This document shows, one piece after another, positions 1 to 8,004 of a stretch of 64,000 bases of DNA. Origin of the DNA: a phage. Below the pieces are notes generated by a model, which saw only the letters and a list, made by a program, of their open reading frames with translations, made no database searches and had not been told where the DNA came from. How positions within the stretch are numbered: the stretch's first letter is position 1; every line of letters starts with the position of its first letter. The DNA lies in sequence record PX994957.1. One strand, given 5' to 3'. The translations under genes and the position numbers were made by a program.

Positions 1-179
1 AAAGACTTTTTACCTCTAGAAAATCTTCCAGAAAGATTTTCAACAGTTTCATATGAAGAACCCCAATAATAATTACGTCCTTCTGCCATACGTTTAAGAG
101 CATTTAATAATTGGTCTGGAACATCAACCTGTCTTTGGAACTCTTCAAACATTGAATTGAAATCACTTTGCATTTTCAT
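1..179 (-). CDS. hypothetical protein, N-terminal part only (gene runs past window start)
   Basis: minus-strand ATG at 177-179 with GGAG 9 nt upstream; frame open to window edge. Confidence 0.35.
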   Translation of the reverse strand, partial: MKMQSDFNSMFEEFQRQVDVPDQLLNALKRMAEGRNYYWGSSYETVENLSGRFSRGKKS

Positions 180-220
180 TCCTACTTACTCCAAGTAATA
201 GGGGCCGAAGCCCCTTATCA

Positions 221-814
221 TTATTTCAGAGAATTAATATATTCCTGAACATCGGCAGAGGTAGTTTCAACCCCAGAAATATTGCCATTAAAGGTTTCAA
301 CTCGAGCAAGAGTGTCTTCAATATCAACCTTAGTCAGTGCTGCAATTTCAACTACATCATCAGCAGTACTAATTCCAAGGGCATTCGCGGCGCGAGTTTC
401 ACGGATATATTCCAATTTAACTGCAAGTTCTTGGCGAGCATCATCTAACTCAACTACTTTCTTGGCGATTTCAATTCGCATTTCAGCATAACCATCAGCT
501 TTAGTAGTCAACTGCTCAGCTGTTCGACGATATAGTAAACCGAGTTTAGCATGCATTGTTACATCTTGACCTTCGGAAAGAAGTTTACGAATTTCACGCT
601 CTTTTGATTCGGCCTGCTTATTCTTTTCGACAATAAGTTCACGAATACGCTTTTCTTCATTAATAGATTTAACAGAAGCAGTTTTTAGATCTTTAATTTT
701 ATCAAGTAGTTTTGCTGCCGCAGCAGTATACTGTTCTTCAACAGATAGATTTTTAGCCATAGCAGAACCAAGTTTAGTGCGAATAAACTCAACAATTTTC
801 TTCAGTGTGTTCAT
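221..814 (-). CDS. hypothetical early protein, predicted coiled-coil
   Basis: 197 aa ORF; charged heptad-like sequence; early promoter module just upstream. Confidence 0.5.
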
Positions 815-856
815 AGTATTTCCTTAGGTTGATTAAGATTTAAAATCTGTGGAAGA

Positions 857-886
857 ATTATATCCCATTATTTGAGAGATGTAAAC
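857..886 (-). promoter_or_regulatory. T4-type early promoter (GTTTAC-N18-TATAAT)
   Basis: minus strand GTTTAC (881-886) and TATAAT (857-862) with 18 nt spacer, upstream of ORF 221..814. Confidence 0.6.
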
Positions 887-1388
887 TATTTTTAATTTTA
901 CAAATTCGTTCAGCTTCATCGATAGCAGCATTAATAATGCTTTTAGCTATAGGAGTACTAATACTAGTAGCTTTTACACTTAACACGATTTCTTTATTTT
1001 TACCAGGCCAACCCCACGATTTTTCACCGTGAGTGCCTTTAATTACAGCAGACACCTCAAGTGAGCATCCATTATCACATGTTTTTACATTAACAACCCA
1101 AGGGTCACTTTTCTCAATCGGTTTCTCAATCGGTTTATCCCAGTAAATATTAAGAATACGTGGAACATCAAATTTGGCAGGACAAATCTTAACCGTAAGA
1201 CCTTCGCTTTCTAGCCAATTAATAAGAGGGCGTTCATACAGGCGACGATGTGGGCTTGGGATTCGACAAGCCTTGTGTCCGTTGCTTGCGGCTTCACTAA
1301 GCTGTTCTAATACCTGCTTTTGCATTATTGATAAAATACCATCAAAAGATCTTTCGGAAGTTTCATTCAGTTCAGTATAAAGAGACAT
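858..1388 (-). CDS. hypothetical protein
   Basis: 176 aa ORF, no recognised motif. Confidence 0.5.
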   Translation of the reverse strand: MSLYTELNETSERSFDGILSIMQKQVLEQLSEAASNGHKACRIPSPHRRLYERPLINWLESEGLTVKICPAKFDVPRILNIYWDKPIEKPIEKSDPWVVNVKTCDNGCSLEVSAVIKGTHGEKSWGWPGKNKEIVLSVKATSISTPIAKSIINAAIDEAERICKIKNSLHLSNNGI

Positions 1389-1450
1389 AACAGTTTCCTC
1401 ATGTCGGTATAATTAGATAATATCACGTTTCTAATAGATAGATTGTATAC

Positions 1451-1789
1451 TTATTCTTCATCTGAATTCAGCGTAATAAAGTCATCGATGGCCTCTATAA
1501 TAGCATCGTTAATAGCCAGTAAAATAAAATCGTCGTCAGTACCTTTATAAGATTCTGAAGCATTGATATATGCTTGATTGACGAGTTCCCAAGCCTTTTT
1601 AAAATAAGGAGCTTCATCATCAGGACAAATATCCCGCACACCTTCAAAGATACGATTGGCATAATCTAACACCCATTGTACAGGCATGTTTTGAGAACGT
1701 TCGTTAAACTCTTTAAATTCCTTAGATTCAAAAAGCTCTTCAGGATAATAATTTCGATTACAAAAAGCTTTACTAAAGTTACGTTTCAT
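1451..1789 (-). CDS. hypothetical protein
   Basis: 112 aa ORF; GAGGAG SD; early promoter module upstream. Confidence 0.5.
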   Translation of the reverse strand: MKRNFSKAFCNRNYYPEELFESKEFKEFNERSQNMPVQWVLDYANRIFEGVRDICPDDEAPYFKKAWELVNQAYINASESYKGTDDDFILLAINDAIIEAIDDFITLNSDEE

Positions 1790-1814
1790 AATGTTCTCCT
1801 CAAGTTACAGGCTC

Positions 1815-1844
1815 ATAATATCTCAATCATGAGCCTGTGTAAAC
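1815..1844 (-). promoter_or_regulatory. T4-type early promoter with overlapping stem-loop
   Basis: minus GTTTAC (1839-1844) N18 TATTAT (1815-1820); 9-bp inverted repeat caggctcat/atgagcctg overlaps -10. Confidence 0.55.
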
Positions 1845-2108
1845 TTATTTCATATTATTGAAATATTCTTCTGCGATTTCATCGTTATCATGGTAAACTT
1901 TAGAAGACAGTTTAACATAACTTTCAGCAGTGAACATGTTAATCACAACCTTTACAGTATACCACTGACCGTCTTCATTACCCATTACTGCATAAGTTTC
2001 AAACATCGGATGGTCAGGACCGATAACTTTAATATCATTCACTGTACGACCGAAATCTTCTGAAACACATTTCATAAAGAAGTTGAACAGCTCACCGTAA
2101 TTATCCAT
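1845..2108 (-). CDS. hypothetical protein (start moved to internal Met with GGAG SD; track ORF runs to 2171)
   Basis: ATG at 2106-2108 has GGAG 7 nt upstream; the track start at 2171 lies inside the promoter spacer. Confidence 0.45.
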   Translation of the reverse strand: MDNYGELFNFFMKCVSEDFGRTVNDIKVIGPDHPMFETYAVMGNEDGQWYTVKVVINMFTAESYVKLSSKVYHDNDEIAEEYFNNMK

Positions 2109-2151
2109 TTCATTCTCCAAGTTGTTTTCTGTATCAGTAGTTGATAGTTGT

Positions 2152-2181
2152 ATAGTACCATGGAAGGACAAGGATGTAAAT
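2152..2181 (-). promoter_or_regulatory. T4-type early promoter variant (ATTTAC-N18-TACTAT)
   Basis: minus ATTTAC (2176-2181) N18 TACTAT (2152-2157); flanking sequence resembles the copy at 6160-6189. Confidence 0.45.
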
Positions 2182-2310
2182 AGTTTTGTGAAAAAATTTT
2201 TAAAAAGTTTTGGGGAATTCTAGGGCAGGGAGGGGAAATCAAAGGATAGGATAATATATTATAAAGGGTAGAAACTAAATGATGTCTAGAGAGGCCTGGA
2301 AAGGCCTAGA

Positions 2311-2345
2311 TACCAAAAAGCCCCAACCTTTCGGCTAGGGCTAAG
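2311..2345 (-). terminator. hairpin plus U-tract terminator; 35-bp direct repeat copy 1
   Basis: taccaaaaagccccaacctttcggctagggctaag; on minus strand hairpin followed by TTTTT. Confidence 0.5.
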
Positions 2346-2349
2346 AATG

Positions 2350-2823
2350 TTATTTTATTTGTTTAGCAGACCAAATGCGGTCTTTAATAATTTTTTGGAT
2401 GTCTTCAACATACTCAAGAGAGTGAGCATGTGGGTTATCTTTGAAACTATGAGCTCGCGCAAGTTTCTGGCCTTCGGTCTTAATTATCAAAAGTTCTTTA
2501 AGAATTGCTTCATACCTAGAGATAATTCCTTTAGCAATATTTTTTTCTTGTGCTGCTTTAGGGTCAGCCTTAGGAGCAGGTTTACCTGAAGCCTTTGCAA
2601 AAGCAGCTCCAGTAGCAACTAAACTTTTCCAGGCCATACTAACTGCATTTCCCGTAAATCCTTCCGCTTTCATGTCGCGTGCGAACTGGAATCGCGATTC
2701 ATCAGAAGCATCTTTATAAGAATATTTACCCGCTGCAATGGCTGCTTTTGCGACAGCTTGAATTTCGGTGCTAGATGCTTCATTTAACACCACTTCATTT
2801 AAAAATTGAGTATATGATTTCAT
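2350..2823 (-). CDS. candidate packaged internal head protein (capsid-targeting-sequence-like N-terminus)
   Basis: 157 aa; N-terminus MKSYTQFLNE resembles T4 IP capsid targeting sequence MKTYQEFIAE with L-x-E cleavage context; late promoter upstream. Confidence 0.5.
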   Translation of the reverse strand: MKSYTQFLNEVVLNEASSTEIQAVAKAAIAAGKYSYKDASDESRFQFARDMKAEGFTGNAVSMAWKSLVATGAAFAKASGKPAPKADPKAAQEKNIAKGIISRYEAILKELLIIKTEGQKLARAHSFKDNPHAHSLEYVEDIQKIIKDRIWSAKQIK

Positions 2824-2863
2824 CTTATTTCCTGTTTTAATTCGTGGATTTAATATACTACTA

Positions 2864-2871
2864 TATTTATA
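2864..2871 (-). promoter_or_regulatory. T4 late promoter TATAAATA
   Basis: minus-strand TATAAATA about 40 nt upstream of ORF 2350..2823. Confidence 0.5.
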
Positions 2872-2904
2872 CCAAAAAGCCCCAACCTTTCGGTCGGGGC
2901 TAAG
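2870..2904 (-). terminator. hairpin plus U-tract terminator; 35-bp direct repeat copy 2
   Basis: taccaaaaagccccaacctttcggtcggggctaag; 6-bp GC stem agcccc/ggggct, A-run on plus = U-run on minus. Confidence 0.55.
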
Positions 2905-3210
2905 CCTTGCGGCAACCTTGTCGGGGTTCCACCTGCTAAGGCAAGTGTTTGTACGAAACGCCGGGATTCGAACCCGGTTATTAAGCAGTTGACGCTACTC
3001 AATATTTTTAAAAGGCCATATCTCGACCATATCCGAACGTTCCGTCAAAAACGCTACTCGGCTTACGGCAAAGATATTTCCTCGAATCGATAATTCGGTG
3101 CGCCGTTTCTGCTGTGATGTAAGAGGGCATCAATAAACGCAAAGATTATTAACGCAATTCCTTACTCAGGGAACATCAGTCCGACGACTTACCGGTAGCG
3201 ACCCGGTTTC
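2905..3210 (-). ncRNA. structured non-coding region, candidate stable small RNA(s) analogous to T4 rnaC/rnaD
   Basis: about 300 bp with no ORF, GC-richer than flanks, tRNA-like T-arm motif CCGGGTTCGAATCCCGG on minus strand (about 2961-2977), terminator at 3-prime side. Confidence 0.35.
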
Positions 3211-3561
3211 TTAATATTCTTTTAAAGCATCAATCTGTTTACGGCGTTCACGCCATAAATCAATTGCTTCATACGCGGATTCAACATTTCGAATTGGACG
3301 GCATTTATATAAAGATTTGTGATTTTGATATTGCGTAGATAACGGAATTTTATCTAAAAGGTCTTTACGTTCAAAGTATTCGTAACCATCTAAGCCAAAT
3401 GAACGATTTTTGAGAAATTGCCAATGACCAAATTCGTTTTGAATATAAATATAATCCGCATGTTGATAAAGTAAATTAATTTCACGAAATGAGATATGTT
3501 TTTCATATTCATTGAAGTAAAATGTTAAATCATGAACTACTAAATAAACATTACCTTTCAT
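3211..3561 (-). CDS. hypothetical protein
   Basis: 116 aa ORF immediately downstream of tRNA-Arg. Confidence 0.45.
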   Translation of the reverse strand: MKGNVYLVVHDLTFYFNEYEKHISFREINLLYQHADYIYIQNEFGHWQFLKNRSFGLDGYEYFERKDLLDKIPLSTQYQNHKSLYKCRPIRNVESAYEAIDLWRERRKQIDALKEY

Positions 3562-3579
3562 ATTTTCCTCACTTATAAT

Positions 3580-3655
3580 TGGTCGAGGCAGTAGGGATCG
3601 AACCTACGACCTAGGACTTAGAAGGTCCTTGCTCTTCCTTCTGAGCTATGCCCCG
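3580..3655 (-). tRNA. tRNA-Arg (anticodon UCU)
   Basis: hand-folded cloverleaf: acceptor CGGGGCA/TGCCTCG, anticodon loop CTTCTAA, T-loop TTCGATC, encoded CCA. Confidence 0.85.
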
Positions 3656-3659
3656 TAAT

Positions 3660-3735
3660 TGGGGTGACCGATGGGAGTCGAACCCATGACTACGAGAATC
3701 ACAATCTCGAGTTCTACCAACTGAACTACGGCCAC
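3660..3735 (-). tRNA. tRNA-His-like (anticodon GUG), no encoded G-1
   Basis: cloverleaf: acceptor GTGGCCG/CGGTCAC, discriminator C73, anticodon loop TTGTGAT, T-loop TTCGACT, CCA encoded; nucleotide -1 is U. Confidence 0.6.
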
Positions 3736-3849
3736 ATTAATACCTACTCCAACAATCAAGATGTCTTCACACGAAATTAAGAGAAGAGTGATCAGTTCAA
3801 CCCCTATAATCGCGTCAAGTAGATATTAATGTGACAGTTGTCACAAATT

Positions 3850-3924
3850 TGGCGGACGTGATAGGATTCGAACCTATAACCAATCGCTTAACAGGCGATC
3901 GCTCTGCCATTGAGCTACACATCC
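3850..3924 (-). tRNA. tRNA-Asn (anticodon GUU)
   Basis: cloverleaf: acceptor GGATGTG/CACGTCC, anticodon loop CTGTTAA, T-loop TTCGAAT, CCA encoded. Confidence 0.8.
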
Positions 3925-3928
3925 AAAT

Positions 3929-4015
3929 TGGTGGGGAGTGGTGGAGTCGAACCACCCGAGTCGCAATGACAATGAATTTACAGTCCACACCGCTACCTCT
4001 ACGGGATAACTCCCC
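3929..4015 (-). tRNA. tRNA-Tyr (anticodon GUA), long variable arm
   Basis: acceptor GGGGAGT/ACTCCCC, anticodon loop CTGTAAA, type II variable arm, T-loop TTCGACT, CCA encoded. Confidence 0.75.
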
Positions 4016-4027
4016 TAATTCATAATT

Positions 4028-4102
4028 TGGTGGCCCTGGGTGGAATTGAACCACCATCTGGCGATTATGAGTCGCTTGCTTGAACCTTCCAGCTACAGGG
4101 CC
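4028..4102 (-). tRNA. tRNA with CAU anticodon (Ile2 or Met)
   Basis: acceptor GGCCCTG/CAGGGCC, anticodon loop CTCATAA, T-loop TTCAATT; Ile vs Met cannot be decided from sequence alone. Confidence 0.7.
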
Positions 4103-4103
4103 T

Positions 4104-4179
4104 TGGTGCTGATTGACGGAATCGAACCGCCGACGTCCTCATTACAAGTGAGGTGCTCTACCTACTGAGCTAAATCAGC
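4104..4179 (-). tRNA. tRNA-Thr (anticodon UGU)
   Basis: acceptor GCTGATT/AATCAGC, anticodon loop CTTGTAA, T-loop TTCGATT, CCA encoded. Confidence 0.85.
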
Positions 4180-4185
4180 AAAAAC

Positions 4186-4275
4186 TGGCGGAGGCGATAG
4201 GATTTGAACCTATGAGTCGCCGGAGCGACTGCCGGTTTTCAAGACCGGTGCATTAAACCACTCTGCCACGCCTCC
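4186..4275 (-). tRNA. tRNA-Ser (anticodon UGA), long variable arm
   Basis: acceptor GGAGGCG/CGCCTCC, anticodon stem-loop CCGGT-CTTGAAA-ACCGG, T-loop TTCAAAT. Confidence 0.85.
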
Positions 4276-4281
4276 AAATAT

Positions 4282-4932
4282 TTATATATTGTTAATTTGA
4301 TTTAGAATTCTTTTTGCTTGAGTATGACTTACGCCAATATGCTTAGCATATTTAGATAATTCACCACGCTTAGAAAAATCATATAATTTAGAAATTTCTA
4401 TTCTTCTTTTTCTTTCATCCGCAGAAACTTTTGCTTCGTTTGCTTTTGCTATTTTACGTTTAGCTTCTTGAGAATGAGTTTTACCAGCAAATCCATTCTT
4501 CATTAATCCATTTGAAGACCATCCTTTTAATTTTCCGTTAGAATGTGCCTTTTTAACACCCAATGAAATTAATTCGCGTTGCTGATCTGTCATAGGATAA
4601 TTATTTATATGGTCCCATCCACCTTCACCTCCAAGTTTTAAATTATACACATCTGGTCTATTTAAAAACTCTTCTGTGACAATATTTTTCTCAGCTTCAA
4701 GCATAGATTCTTTATCATCAAAATACTCTAATATTTCTTTAGAAAAATTTTCTATACCATATTTATCTTGGGCTCTTTTTAATAATTTACCAGAACCCAT
4801 ATATCCATCATCTAAATTTTCGGTAGAATGCACACCAATATAAATTTTATTATTAATTTTATTTGTTATTTTATAAAGATAAAAATGCATATCAGTCCCT
4901 AATAAAGAACTGAGCGTCTCACGACGAGTCAT
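4282..4932 (-). CDS. segB: GIY-YIG homing endonuclease (SegB-like) within the tRNA cluster
   Basis: 216 aa; N-terminal GIY-YIG motifs (YLYKITNKINNKIYIGV ... YMGSG); basic C-terminal DNA-binding-like tail; true start may be internal Met at 4890. Confidence 0.8.
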   Translation of the reverse strand: MTRRETLSSLLGTDMHFYLYKITNKINNKIYIGVHSTENLDDGYMGSGKLLKRAQDKYGIENFSKEILEYFDDKESMLEAEKNIVTEEFLNRPDVYNLKLGGEGGWDHINNYPMTDQQRELISLGVKKAHSNGKLKGWSSNGLMKNGFAGKTHSQEAKRKIAKANEAKVSADERKRRIEISKLYDFSKRGELSKYAKHIGVSHTQAKRILNQINNI

Positions 4933-4936
4933 AAAT

Positions 4937-5010
<74 letters not shown>

Positions 5011-5015
5011 AAATT

Positions 5016-5102
5016 TGGTGCGAGAAGTGGGACTCGAACCCACAAGGAAATCATTCCGCAGCATTTTAAGTGCTGTGCCTTTACCAATTTGACCATTCTC
5101 GC
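5016..5102 (-). tRNA. tRNA-Leu (anticodon UAA), long variable arm
   Basis: acceptor GCGAGAA/TTCTCGC, anticodon loop CTTAAAA, T-loop TTCGAGT. Confidence 0.85.
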
Positions 5103-5103
5103 G

Positions 5104-5176
5104 CTGGGAATAAAGGACTCGAACCTTTGCATCTAGCAGTCAAAGTGCTATGCCTTACCAACTTGACTAATTCCCA
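5104..5176 (-). tRNA. tRNA-Gln (anticodon UUG), CCA not encoded
   Basis: acceptor TGGGAAT/ATTCCCA, anticodon loop CTTTGAC, T-loop TTCGAGT. Confidence 0.8.
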
Positions 5177-5273
5177 ATTATTAACAAAGGCTCTCAAACA
5201 AGAACCCTTGATGATAGAGGGTATTAATCAGTGCGGTATGAGTTAATAATAACAAATAATTCTTAAAGCATAT

Positions 5274-5561
5274 TTACCATTTATGATAATACATATTTAC
5301 GATGCATTCAAGACCCAAAGGATTCTTGAAAATATCATATTCAAGAGGACCTTTTTCTGTTTCAATAAAGAAATCAAAATTTACTGTATTAAATTTACGG
5401 TCTTCCTTCACTAATTTAACTTGAGAAGATGAACGGTCAACATAAACCTTTTCAACTTCAAAACATGTTAAAACGCCATAATCATCAATCAAGGCTTTAG
5501 CCGCGTCTTGATCATATTTATATCCATTTTCAATGGATGATACTTTAGCATAAAGAATCAT
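5274..5561 (-). CDS. hypothetical protein
   Basis: 95 aa ORF, last gene of a tightly packed three-gene unit. Confidence 0.45.
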   Translation of the reverse strand: MILYAKVSSIENGYKYDQDAAKALIDDYGVLTCFEVEKVYVDRSSSQVKLVKEDRKFNTVNFDFFIETEKGPLEYDIFKNPLGLECIVNMYYHKW

Positions 5562-5563
5562 TA

Positions 5564-5944
5564 TCAGCCTTCATCAACAATAGTATGCGTATTGGCATTT
5601 ACAATTTGCCACCAATCAAAGCGATTAGAACCATACATCGGTTTGTTTTCATTTTCTTTGATAATATCACGGAGTTCATCTTCGGTAGCGGCTTTCGCGA
5701 TTAAATCAGCATATCCACCACGAGGATAATAATTATCACCTGCAAAAAGTAAAAAGTTTGGTTTAATATTATTAAACTCTTCAAGAGTAATAACTGTTCC
5801 ACCAGGTTGAACAATATCTACATAACTATATCCTAATTTTTGAGCAGCATCTACTGCTTCAAGCAGGGTATCATGAGCCCATCCAATTTGGCAATCTGGC
5901 TTTTCAGATGGATTAGCCTGATAATCTGCATATACTTTATACAT
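5564..5944 (-). CDS. hypothetical protein (start set to Met with AGGTGA SD)
   Basis: 126 aa from ATG 5942-5944; the track ORF extends to 5983 through a less likely upstream start. Confidence 0.45.
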   Translation of the reverse strand: MYKVYADYQANPSEKPDCQIGWAHDTLLEAVDAAQKLGYSYVDIVQPGGTVITLEEFNNIKPNFLLFAGDNYYPRGGYADLIAKAATEDELRDIIKENENKPMYGSNRFDWWQIVNANTHTIVDEG

Positions 5945-5945
5945 T

Positions 5946-6131
5946 TTACTCACCTTTAGAAATTTTATCCATAACGATAGCAATTAAACCAATTAAAAAT
6001 GCTACTACAAGTGAAAATACATTTTCTGCTGTAGTTAATAATCCGCATATAAATCCAACAAACATTGAAAAACTAAAAGCGGAAGCAGAAATTGCAATAG
6101 CAACATTTCGAATTAATTCACAGCGTTTCAT
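5946..6131 (-). CDS. small predicted membrane protein (two hydrophobic helices)
   Basis: 61 aa from ATG 6129-6131 with GAGGAG SD; hydrophobic segments AIAISASAFSFSMFVGFICGLL and VVAFLIGLIAIV. Confidence 0.45.
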   Translation of the reverse strand: MKRCELIRNVAIAISASAFSFSMFVGFICGLLTTAENVFSLVVAFLIGLIAIVMDKISKGE

Positions 6132-6159
6132 TTTATTCTCCTCAGTAGTTGATAGGGTA

Positions 6160-6189
6160 ATAGTATCACTACTAAAACCCCGTGTAAAC
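6160..6189 (-). promoter_or_regulatory. T4-type early promoter with stem-loop (PeSL-like module)
   Basis: minus GTTTAC (6184-6189) N18 TACTAT (6160-6165); inverted repeat agtagt/actact; 32-nt core gtgtaaacaactttgtgaaattattttaaatc shared with copy at 6513-6544. Confidence 0.55.
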
Positions 6190-6201
6190 AACTTTGTGAA
6201 A

Positions 6202-6459
6202 TTATTTTAAATCTTCTAATCGTTTCTTCATCTTAGAACCATTTTTAGCGATTTCTCCTGCGTCAGAGCATAATGCTAAAAGTGCTTTAACTTTAGTTTG
6301 GTCTCCTTTAAAAGACGAAGGATCGACTGCAGCAGCAAGTTCTTTAATACGAGAGAAAAGACGCTCAGCTTCAGCTAAAGCCATTCCAAGCTTTACTTCC
6401 ATACCATGAGAAGATTCAGTGATAATAGTTTCTGTAGCAAACTCTTTATAAGTTTTCAT
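6202..6459 (-). CDS. candidate internal head protein (IPI-locus analogue) with capsid-targeting-sequence-like N-terminus
   Basis: 85 aa; N-terminus MKTYKEFATETIITE closely resembles T4 CTS MKTYQEFIAE; sits where ipI lies in T4 (between tRNAs and 57B). Confidence 0.55.
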   Translation of the reverse strand: MKTYKEFATETIITESSHGMEVKLGMALAEAERLFSRIKELAAAVDPSSFKGDQTKVKALLALCSDAGEIAKNGSKMKKRLEDLK

Positions 6460-6490
6460 TTTATTTTTCCTAATTAATTTTGATGAGGTA

Positions 6491-6520
6491 ATAGTATCAC
6501 TACCTCATCAGTGTGTAAAC
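6491..6520 (-). promoter_or_regulatory. T4-type early promoter with stem-loop (PeSL-like module)
   Basis: minus GTTTAC (6515-6520) N18 TACTAT (6491-6496); perfect 10-bp inverted repeat tgatgaggta/tacctcatca at 6481-6510. Confidence 0.55.
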
Positions 6521-6532
6521 AACTTTGTGAAA

Positions 6533-7229
<697 letters not shown>

Positions 7230-7230
<1 letters not shown>

Positions 7231-7955
7231 TATAGTACCTTTAGTGTATTTTTAATTTTAGAAAAAAGTTCTTCAAGAGAACCATCGTTTGTAATTACTA
7301 AATCACCATCACGAATTGGCAATCCAGCTTCTGTAATATGTGTATCATTGGATTTTTGACCAGGACGAACTACATGAATTACTGTAGCACCCATCGCCCT
7401 AGCCGCATCCATTTCATGATCTTGACGAGTATCAGGAACGATATAATAATCATAACCTGAGTTAAATTTATCAAGATAATCTAAAGCAAATAATTTTACC
7501 CAGTACATGCGGTCGAAGTTATTAACAATCAAATCCGTACCTAGGGCTTGCATCAGACGACGGACTGACCATTGATCTTCAATATTATTTATAACGTCAA
7601 TAATCTTGTTAAATGCTACGGAATTAACTGATTCTTGTCCTTCGTCATCAAAAACAAACACACCCTTAATTGGGCTTTTACCATTAAGATAGCAAAATGC
7701 TTGTTCCATAATCGTGATTACTTCTAATTTAGTCAGATTTAAATTAGTCTCACGATCATAGTCAATTCCTTCAAACTCTTTACGAGTTAAGCAAGGATAG
7801 TCAGTGTTTGCTGCAAATACTCCCCATGCATAAGCCAATGCATCCTTAATAGGACCAGCAAGTTGATATTTAACTGCAGAATAATTGCTCATGATAAAAT
7901 CAGCAGTAGTATCTTTTCCACTACGCTTTACACCGCTTAAAAAGATTAATTTCAT
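7230..7955 (-). CDS. 1: gp1 deoxynucleoside monophosphate kinase
   Basis: 241 aa from internal Met (MKLIFLSGVKRSGKDT P-loop); track ORF includes 13 extra upstream codons. Confidence 0.9.
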
Positions 7956-8004
7956 GTGTTTCTCCTCAAATTTAATTAAGATTATAACACACAAAACTGA
8001 AGCA

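Noticed and set aside
196-213. Repeated GC hairpin ggggccgaagcccc (also at 41462-41475 and 61983-61996) considered as a miniature mobile element
   Set aside because: Each copy sits in an intergenic gap at a gene end and looks like an ordinary intrinsic terminator; no target-site duplications or flanking inverted repeats seen.
221-814. Possible PspA/IM30-like identity for the 197-aa coiled-coil ORF
   Set aside because: Only generic coiled-coil character; I could not align any specific PspA motif, so the assignment is not supportable.
3734-3849. 115-bp gap between tRNA-His-like and tRNA-Asn with palindrome tgtgacagttgtcaca, examined as a possible degenerate tRNA-Pro
   Set aside because: No T-arm or acceptor pairing could be built; may be a processing or spacer element but not a tRNA.
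3815-4057. Overlapping ORFs on both strands in the track (3815..4057 minus, 3831..4025 plus)
   Set aside because: They run through tRNA-Asn and tRNA-Tyr; the sequence folds into cloverleaves and the ORFs have no SD, so they are artefacts of the six-frame scan.
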